A DNA stretch of 13,612 bases from Chthoniobacteraceae bacterium (GTDB lineage: Bacteria > Verrucomicrobiota > Verrucomicrobiia > Chthoniobacterales > Chthoniobacteraceae), in assembly GCA_031409335.1 (NCBI GenBank), contig JANNWY010000035.1:1-13612 (forward strand), written 5' to 3'. A program made the translations under genes and the position numbers. The first letter of the stretch is position 1. Each line of letters begins with the position of its first letter. Shown piece after piece: positions 7,232-13,612 of the stretch. The notes beneath the pieces are model-generated. The model did not search any database. It worked only from the letters and a program-made list of their open reading frames with translations, and was not told where the DNA came from.

Positions 7232-8404
7232 ATGCCGACTCCAGAAGAGCAATTCAAAATCCTGACGCGCGGCGCGGCGCAGATCATTTCCGAACCGGAA
7301 TTGCTCGCCATGCTGAAGCTCGGCCGCCCGCTCAATGTGAAGCTCGGGGTCGATCCGACTGCGCCCGATATTCATCTCGGCTTCACCGTCGCACTTTCAA
7401 AACTGCGCCAGTTTCAAGACCTCGGGCACAACGCGATTTTGATCATCGGCGATTTCACCGCGATGATCGGCGACCCATCCGGCCGCTCAAAGGCGCGCCC
7501 GCATCTGACCCACGATCAAGTGATGGCGAACGCGCGCAGTTTTCAGCAGCAGGCCTTCAAAATCCTCGATCCGCGCCGGACGAAGACGGTCTTCAACGGC
7601 GAGTGGTTTGAGATGATGAGCTTTGAGGAAGTGATGCGGCTGAACTCGCGCGTGACGCTCCAGCAAATGCTCCAGCGCGAGGATTTCAAAGGCCGCGTCG
7701 AACGCGGCGAGCCGGTGCATTTGCACGAGATTCAGTATCCGCTCATGCAGGGCTGGGATTCGGTGAAGGTGCGCGCCGATGTGGAACTCGGCGGCACGGA
7801 TCAGCTTTTCAACATTCTCGTGGGCCGCGACCTCCAACGCGAGGAAGGCCAGCCGCAGCAGGTCGTCTTTCTCCTCCCGCTGCTCGAAGGGCTCGATGGT
7901 GTGAACAAGATGTCGAAGAGCCTCGGCAATTACGTCGGCGTGAGCGAGCCGCCGGCGGAGATGTTTGGGAAGCTGATGAGCATCTCGGATGAACTGATGG
8001 CGCGTTATTACACGCTGCTGCTGTGCGAGGAAATGCCCGCGATTCATCCGATGGACGCGAAGAAGCAACTCGCCGCGCGCATCGTCGGGCGCTACCACTC
8101 GGCTGAGGCTGCGCAGGGGGCGCTGGAGGAATTCAACACGCGCTTTTCCAAAAAGGATCTCGCGCACGCGGAACTGCCGATCGTGAAAATGGATGGCGTC
8201 GGCGCGGACATCGTCTCGATCGTCGTCGCGGCGTTTGCGGGCGGCTTTCAAATCACCAAATCGCGCGGCGATGCGCGGCGGCTCGTCGAGCAGGGCAGCG
8301 TGCAGCTTCGCGGCGAAAAGATCACCGATCCGAAAGCCGCGCCCGCGCCGCAATCCGGCGACGATCTGCGGCTGGATAAAACCCGCGCGGTGCGGATCGC
8401 TTGA
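7232..8404 (+). CDS. tyrS: Tyrosine--tRNA ligase
   Basis: KLGVDPTAPDIHLG (HIGH-like), IGDFTAMIGDPSGRS, YPLMQGWDS, ELGGTDQLFN, KMSKS and a C-terminal S4-like domain. Confidence 0.97.
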   Translation: MPTPEEQFKILTRGAAQIISEPELLAMLKLGRPLNVKLGVDPTAPDIHLGFTVALSKLRQFQDLGHNAILIIGDFTAMIGDPSGRSKARPHLTHDQVMANARSFQQQAFKILDPRRTKTVFNGEWFEMMSFEEVMRLNSRVTLQQMLQREDFKGRVERGEPVHLHEIQYPLMQGWDSVKVRADVELGGTDQLFNILVGRDLQREEGQPQQVVFLLPLLEGLDGVNKMSKSLGNYVGVSEPPAEMFGKLMSISDELMARYYTLLLCEEMPAIHPMDAKKQLAARIVGRYHSAEAAQGALEEFNTRFSKKDLAHAELPIVKMDGVGADIVSIVVAAFAGGFQITKSRGDARRLVEQGSVQLRGEKITDPKAAPAPQSGDDLRLDKTRAVRIA

Positions 8405-8471
8405 AACGCAACGATTGCGATTAAGAATGGCATCGCCGCCAGATCATCCCCGGTGTTCGTTCATCAACTTC

Positions 8472-9998
8472 ATGCCTCCCCGTCTCCGCTTCGCCCTGCT
8501 CGCCGCCGCATCTTTCATCCCCGCCTTTGCCCATGCCGGTGAGTCTGTTTCACGTCCCGGCGTGCTGCATCTCTCGCTCGACGATGCGATCCGCATGGCG
8601 CTCGCGAAAAACTTTACGATCGAAGTGTCACGCTTCGAGCCAAAGATCGCCCGGGAAAATGTCACTAGCGAATTGGGCGTTTTCGATCCCCTCTTTTCTG
8701 CCGAGTTGAGCGCGGGCGAGAACACGGCCACTACTGTTTTCGAAACCATTTTCGACACGCGGCGGAACTTCATCCTGGGTGCCAGTCACCTTAAAAAAAC
8801 GACCATCCTTCAGACGGGAGGCGTGCGGCTCGGCCTGGGCGGGACGACTCCGCTCGGGACCAGATACGACATTCACGCCGACGCCCTAGTTGAAAGCGGC
8901 ACGTCCAATTTTTTCGACGAACGTTTCAACACCACCGTCGGAACCTCGCTCACCCAGCCGTTGCTGCGGGGAGCGGGCACCGCGGCAAATCTTCGCGGCG
9001 TCCGCATCGCGCGGAACAATGCGCTCGTCTCCGAGTGGGCGTTGCGCGATACCGCGATCAACGAAGTCACCCAGGCTGTTTTCGTATTCAACGAACTCCA
9101 TCTCGCGCAGCAAAATCTCGACGTGGCCGCCAGTTCCCGGGCGCTCGCGCAGCAGACCCTCAATGACAACATCAAGCGCGCCGAGATCGGGGTGATGTCG
9201 CCGTTGAACATCACCACCGCCCGTGCGGAAGTGGCCGCGCGTCAGGAGGCGGTCATCCTCGCACAGCGGGACATCAAGGATAATGAGAACCTCCTCAAGC
9301 AGCTCGTGACCGCCGATCTTGAGCCGATGCTCGGAGTGCAGGTCGAGATCGACATCCCGCCGTCTCCCGCATTTCGCGCCGACGTCCATGCCGGCCTCGT
9401 TGATGCCATGAATTTCCGACCCGACTACCAGCAGGCGATCCTCGAACTCGAACGCCGCCACATCAATCTCGCCTTTGCCAAAAACCAGTCGCTGCCACAG
9501 CTCGACCTGAAAGCGAGCCTTGATCTCGTCGGCTTCGACAACGACTTCGGGACCAGCCTCAACCGCACCGGCCGACCCGATCGCACGGTATGGAGCGTCG
9601 GCGCGATATTCAGCGTCCCAATTCCCAATCGCGAAGCCCGCGGGGCGGAAAACGCCGCGCGATTTACCGCCGCGCAGGGACTCGTGAATCTAAAAAAGCT
9701 GGAGCAGGACATCGTCGTGAAGGTGGACAACGCTTCCGGCCAGGTCATCACTTCACGCGAACGCATCGTCTCCAATGCCGAAGCCACCAAGCTCGCAAAG
9801 GAGAGCCTCGATGCTGGCGAGGAACGCCTGCGCGCCGGGACGGGCACGACTTTCGAGGTGCTCGAATTGCAGACGAAAATGCGCGACGCGCAGTTCGCCG
9901 AATTGCGCGCGCGCGCCGACTACAACAAGGCCGTCAACGAATACTACCGCCAGACCGGCGTGACGCTGCGGGTGTATCGCGTGACAGTCGATAAGTAG
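8472..9998 (+). CDS. TolC-family outer membrane efflux protein
   Basis: Signal peptide (AFAHA), LSLDDAIRMALAKN, LTQPLLRG, RPDYQQA, LPQLDL, FSVPI.NR and ERLRAGTGTTFEVLE: two OEP-type repeats. Confidence 0.9.
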   Translation: MPPRLRFALLAAASFIPAFAHAGESVSRPGVLHLSLDDAIRMALAKNFTIEVSRFEPKIARENVTSELGVFDPLFSAELSAGENTATTVFETIFDTRRNFILGASHLKKTTILQTGGVRLGLGGTTPLGTRYDIHADALVESGTSNFFDERFNTTVGTSLTQPLLRGAGTAANLRGVRIARNNALVSEWALRDTAINEVTQAVFVFNELHLAQQNLDVAASSRALAQQTLNDNIKRAEIGVMSPLNITTARAEVAARQEAVILAQRDIKDNENLLKQLVTADLEPMLGVQVEIDIPPSPAFRADVHAGLVDAMNFRPDYQQAILELERRHINLAFAKNQSLPQLDLKASLDLVGFDNDFGTSLNRTGRPDRTVWSVGAIFSVPIPNREARGAENAARFTAAQGLVNLKKLEQDIVVKVDNASGQVITSRERIVSNAEATKLAKESLDAGEERLRAGTGTTFEVLELQTKMRDAQFAELRARADYNKAVNEYYRQTGVTLRVYRVTVDK

Positions 9999-10003
9999 GC
10001 GCG

Positions 10004-10441
10004 ATGGCCGTCTCCGCCCAGTGCCGCGAGTGCGGGCACGCCGTCGCAAACGATGCGGCGAAATGCAAAAAGTGCGGTGCGTTGCGACCGGCCGATCCCG
10101 ATTGGAAAGGCGAAGGGTTCGAGTGGAAATCGCGCGCCTCGTGGATGGGTTACCCGCTCGTGCATGTCGCATTTGGCTGCGACACACGGGGCCGTCCGCG
10201 CATCGCCCGCGGCGTCATCGCCGTCGGCCAGCGCGCCATCGGAGCGGTCTCGTGCGGCATCGTCGCCGGCGGCATCGTGTCGATCGGCGTGGTTTCCTGC
10301 GGCGTCATCTCGCTCGGAGTCGTGAGCGTCGCCTTCGCCTGCGCCATCGGCGTGAATGCCATCGCACCCTACGCGATCGGCGTCACCGCCATCGGCTTCA
10401 TCGTCCGCGGCATCGCGACGGTCGGGTGGGTGGCGCAGTGA
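10004..10441 (+). CDS. Zinc-ribbon domain membrane protein
   Basis: CREC..CKKC, then EWKS..GYPLVHVAFG..ARGVIAVG and a Gly/Ala/Ile-rich hydrophobic pentad tail; starts 5 nt after the TolC stop. Confidence 0.75.
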   Translation: MAVSAQCRECGHAVANDAAKCKKCGALRPADPDWKGEGFEWKSRASWMGYPLVHVAFGCDTRGRPRIARGVIAVGQRAIGAVSCGIVAGGIVSIGVVSCGVISLGVVSVAFACAIGVNAIAPYAIGVTAIGFIVRGIATVGWVAQ

Positions 10442-10491
10442 GAGTCGCGGAGGGTCTCGCAAAACTCTGCGACTTCGGTCCCCAAACCTTA

Positions 10492-10660
10492 TCCTAAATC
10501 CGGGATTGGAAGCCGCGGGTTGCGCGGATTAACGCGGATTCAGAGACACTTGCGACCAATGCGACGCTCACCGCTTGGGTAAACGTCTCGCTTGCGATCT
10601 TCGCTTCGCCAATCTCTCAATCCGCGCAATCCGCGGTCATCTTCATTCCCGGATTTAGGC
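10492..10660. mobile_element. MITE/REP-like element with nested inverted repeats
   Basis: Perfect 13-bp inverted repeat CCTAAATCCGGGA (10493-10505) / TCCCGGATTTAGG (10647-10659). Inner 18-bp inverted repeat 10513-10530 / 10619-10636 with one mismatch. TTA on both flanks (10489-10491 and 10661-10663). Confidence 0.62.
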
Positions 10661-10786
10661 TTACTTCTTTCCCTTTACCGCCTGCTTCGCTGCTGTGGCA
10701 GTGTTCTTTTTTTGATTGCTGGCATTGGCCTTCGCCTGTTTCTGCGCGTTCTGTTTGTTCGTGGATTTTGGTGATTTATCGCCCAT
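10661..10786 (-). CDS. Small basic Lys/Gln/Ala/Asn-rich protein, 41 aa
   Basis: Hand translation MGDKSPKSTNKQNAQKQAKANASNQKKNTATAAKQAVKGKK*; clean ATG-to-TAA ORF in an intergenic gap, below the ORF track length cutoff. Confidence 0.72.
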   Translation of the reverse strand: MGDKSPKSTNKQNAQKQAKANASNQKKNTATAAKQAVKGKK

Positions 10787-10850
10787 ATGAGTGCGCAGCA
10801 TCATCGGCATTTTTGAAAGCGCGAGGATGAAGTTTCGATGCCCCCAAGTT

Positions 10851-10866
10851 TTTGATTGTTGTCACA
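10851..10866. promoter_or_regulatory. Candidate CRP/FNR-family binding site upstream of the small basic protein
   Basis: TTTGA-ttgttg-TCACA, 9/10 match to the CRP consensus TGTGA-N6-TCACA, 65-80 bp upstream of the ATG at 10786. Confidence 0.35.
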
Positions 10867-10965
10867 GTGGGATGAACAAACCGTCCACTCCTCGAAGCGA
10901 TTCTTCGGGGAAGGGACGGGTGTTCATTGGCGGGGATATTTTTTGGGAATTTCTCCCTTCGCCTT

Positions 10966-12138
10966 TTACACCCCGGCCCGCTCAAGCAGCGAACCCACCA
11001 CCTTCTCCGCCTCGAAATACTCTTTGGCGATCTCGAAGGCTGCGCGGCGATGGGTTGGGTAGTCGGCGTTGATGGATCGCACGTGTTCTACGACTTCCTC
11101 CACGGTCGTAAAGGCTAACAGTCCATGCTGTCCACCGTACAGTCGGGTGAAGCCGGTTTCCTGGGTGATGACTGGACGGCCCGCGGCGAGGTAACAGGCG
11201 GAGCGGTCACTGAACCAGCCGGTGTGCAGGCGGGTGTATTGATCCTTCGTCACGGTGAATTCGCCTTTCGAGGCGCGGATGTAGGCGACGTATTCGTCGT
11301 GTTCGAGGCTGATGCGGTCGGGATTGGTGAGGTGCCAGCGGCGGTCGCGGAAACGCTGCGCGATGGCTGGGTCGCGGATGGTGGTGCCGATCTCGAATGC
11401 CTCACCCGATTTCGCGGGAGCATCGATGAAGCGGAGGAATTCGAGCGATTTACTCCAGAGATATTTGTCGCCGCGCCACTCAATGTCTTTGAGGTCGCTC
11501 GTGTTCCAGTTCGCGATCGTGGTGAAGAGCGCGTCGGTCGCGGGCGGCGCGTCGGTTTTCCAGAAGTCGGTGACGATCGGCTGCCGCGTCGGGAGCCACT
11601 CGAATTGATGCGTCGGGATCGGGCACTCGGGGCGGCCAATGTTTTCGCCGAAGGTAAAGAGCCTGGCATGGCGCGAGAGGTATTCGATCGGTTTCGGGTC
11701 GCCTTTATCGACGAGGATTTGCTCCACGCCGGGATCGCTCTCGACATAGAGAATGCGCTGGCTCGCATCGAGATCGGCATTCATTTCCTGCGTGCCGCAG
11801 ATGTTCAGGATGGCGTCCGCGGTGCGGTATAGCTCACGCACTTTCTCGATGGAAAGCCCGGCGCAAGGTTCGTCGGGCAGATACCGCGCGCAGAAGGCCC
11901 AGCGATCCGCGAAGCCAAATTGTTTCGCGAGCCGCGCGAGGTTTTTCAGCGCGTAGCTGTAATCGTTCGTGATCTCGAAAGTCGTGGGGTCGTATGGCAG
12001 CCGCGCGGAGTCTTCGATGTAATACACTTCATGCCCGAGCCGTTGCAGCCCCACGATATAATGGATGTGCTGCCAGACGACCCCGGCGATGGGGCAGCCG
12101 GCCATGAAGCCCATGACGACGATGCGTTTGCGAGACAT
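10966..12138 (-). CDS. Glycosyltransferase-like protein (GT-B fold)
   Basis: N-terminal GLQRLGHEVYYIED and C-terminal YIRASKGEF..SDRSACYLAAGRPVITQETG...AFEIAKEYF, typical of GT-B proteins; start taken at MSRKRIVV. Confidence 0.75.
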   Translation of the reverse strand: MSRKRIVVMGFMAGCPIAGVVWQHIHYIVGLQRLGHEVYYIEDSARLPYDPTTFEITNDYSYALKNLARLAKQFGFADRWAFCARYLPDEPCAGLSIEKVRELYRTADAILNICGTQEMNADLDASQRILYVESDPGVEQILVDKGDPKPIEYLSRHARLFTFGENIGRPECPIPTHQFEWLPTRQPIVTDFWKTDAPPATDALFTTIANWNTSDLKDIEWRGDKYLWSKSLEFLRFIDAPAKSGEAFEIGTTIRDPAIAQRFRDRRWHLTNPDRISLEHDEYVAYIRASKGEFTVTKDQYTRLHTGWFSDRSACYLAAGRPVITQETGFTRLYGGQHGLLAFTTVEEVVEHVRSINADYPTHRRAAFEIAKEYFEAEKVVGSLLERAGV

Positions 12139-12253
12139 GACGCGGGAGTATTCATCGCGCCCCCGCCTTGCCCAGCCATTTTGCTTGGCGGAAAATGGGT
12201 GGCGTCCTATTTGCAATCAGACGCAAGCGCACCCGCCATTTTCATCTGCCCGC

Positions 12254-13375
12254 ATGAACCGTCTCATTCCCGCCATCGCTCTCGTCCTGCTCTGCCTCAC
12301 GCCCATCACCCGCGCCGCGCCGCCGCCGGCAAAGGACATCTCCGCGCTCCTCGCCCCCATCGTCGCGAAGCACAACGTCCCCGGCATCGCCGCCGCGGTC
12401 GTCCGCAACGGCGAAACCGTCGCCCTCGGCGTCGTCGGCGTCCGCACGCGCGGCAAGGGCGACAAGATCGCCGCCGCCGACCGCTTCCACCTCGGCTCCG
12501 ACACCAAGGCGATGACCGCCATGCTCTGCGGCATCCTCGTCGATGAAGGAAAACTGAAATGGAGTCAGACCCTCGGCGAGACCTTTCCCGAGTTGAAAAA
12601 GTCGATGCATCCGCAGTATCAAGCCGTCACGCTCAAACAACTCCTCACCAACCGCGGCGGCGCACCCGGCGATCTCACCAAGGATGAACTCTGGAGCAAA
12701 CTCTACCAGCACCGAGGCACCCCCACGAGCGCGCGCCGACTGCTCCTCCAAGGCGTCACGTCGAAGCCGCCCGAAGCCACTCCCGGCGAGAAATACCTCT
12801 ACTCCAACGCCGGCTTCTCCATCGCCGGCCACATGGCCGAAAAAGTCGCCGGCAAATCATGGGAAGATCTCACGCGCGACAAAATCTTCCGTCCCCTGGG
12901 CATGACCACCGCCGGCTTCGGCGCACCCGGCTCGCCCACGAAAAACGACCAGCCCCGCGGCCACAAAGCCGACGGCTCCCCCGTCGAGCCCGGCCCCGCC
13001 GCCGACAATCCCGTCGGCATCGGCCCCGCCGGCATCGTCCACTGCTCCATCGAAGACTGGTCCCGGTTCGCCGCCGCCCACCTCCCATCCGCCAAAACCA
13101 AACTCGTCAAACCCGAAACCCTCGCGAAGCTCCACACTCCCGCCCCCGGCGAACCGAAATACGCCATGGGCTGGATGATCGCCGAAGGCCAGCCCTGGGC
13201 CGGCGGCCCCGCCCTCACGCACAACGGCAGCAACACCATGTGGATGGCCACCATCTGGCTCGCCCCCGCGAAAGACTTCGCCGTCCTCGTCGCCTGCAAT
13301 CAAGCCAACGACAAAGCCACCAACGACGCCGTCCTCGCCCTCATCGCCGACCATTTCAAGGACGAGCGGCCATAG
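12254..13375 (+). CDS. Secreted serine hydrolase, beta-lactamase/AmpC-like family
   Basis: Signal peptide MNRLIPAIALVLLCLTPITRA; SxxK (GSDTK), LLTNRGG, YSN, IFRPLGM and HNGS motifs. Confidence 0.92.
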   Translation: MNRLIPAIALVLLCLTPITRAAPPPAKDISALLAPIVAKHNVPGIAAAVVRNGETVALGVVGVRTRGKGDKIAAADRFHLGSDTKAMTAMLCGILVDEGKLKWSQTLGETFPELKKSMHPQYQAVTLKQLLTNRGGAPGDLTKDELWSKLYQHRGTPTSARRLLLQGVTSKPPEATPGEKYLYSNAGFSIAGHMAEKVAGKSWEDLTRDKIFRPLGMTTAGFGAPGSPTKNDQPRGHKADGSPVEPGPAADNPVGIGPAGIVHCSIEDWSRFAAAHLPSAKTKLVKPETLAKLHTPAPGEPKYAMGWMIAEGQPWAGGPALTHNGSNTMWMATIWLAPAKDFAVLVACNQANDKATNDAVLALIADHFKDERP

Positions 13376-13497
13376 GGGTCGGCTTGCGAGTTGATCGAGA
13401 TTCTAAAGCTGACCCTCTGCTTCCGCTCTGCTTCCAGCCTCTGCCCTTCTTGTCCCTTCCGCCCTTCTCATAAAATTCTCGATTCTAAAGCTGACCC
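13376..13497. repeat. REP-like stem plus a 17-bp direct repeat
   Basis: GGGTCGGCTT (13376-13385) pairs with AAGCTGACCC (13406-13415). GATTCTAAAGCTGACCC occurs at 13399-13415 and 13481-13497, separated by a pyrimidine-rich spacer containing CTCTGCTTCC twice. Confidence 0.65.
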
Positions 13498-13612
13498 GAA
13501 TGGCATTAAGTTAAGCGTCCTTTTGGATAAGTATGCGTGGCCGGTTTCGATGGGGTGGAACACGCATCTCCGCTCTTGGCTTGGTTAGTAAGTGATAGTT
13601 CTTCGCGCGGCG

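Noticed and set aside
6512..7611. ORFs 6512..7132 (-) and 6832..7611 (+) as real genes
   Set aside because: Each contains only a short recognisable relic (HsdR or PQQ repeat) within non-protein-like sequence, and the second overlaps tyrS out of frame.
4993..13375. Long N-terminal extensions in the ORF track (starts 4993, 7148, 8193, 12065, 12216)
   Set aside because: They overlap neighbouring genes or precede clear signal peptides or family N-termini, so shorter starts were chosen.
13399..13497. CRISPR array
   Set aside because: Only two 17-bp copies with a low-complexity 65-bp spacer; no cas1/cas2 or other array in the window.
13505..13612. 3' end of a minus-strand gene entering from the right edge
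   Set aside because: All three minus-strand frames give short open stretches and none is recognisable, so no call can be supported.

Overview
GC-rich bacterial window; a PVC-superphylum (Verrucomicrobia-like) origin is inferred from gene style only. The left 5 kb is a rearranged accessory locus. It contains an intact pyridoxamine 5'-phosphate oxidase-like (PNPOx) gene, a PIN-toxin/small-partner pair, and a 3' relic of a PNPOx gene. These are followed by a 2.8 kb standalone gene fusing a TM0106/Cas4-like module, an HhH motif and a DEDD/RNase H-like exonuclease to an IS66-type DDE transposase, and then a 5'-internal PNPOx relic. The two relics lie in permuted order and break at the same CTACCC motif. 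The middle holds a DUF2214-like membrane protein, a lipoprotein alpha/beta hydrolase, and relics of a type I restriction HsdR gene and a PQQ-repeat gene. The right half is mostly housekeeping: tyrS, a TolC-family protein, a Zn-ribbon membrane protein, a glycosyltransferase-like gene and a beta-lactamase-family serine hydrolase. It also carries a MITE-like element, an unannotated 41-aa basic protein and REP-like repeats near the end. Family calls come from recognised motifs, not database searches.
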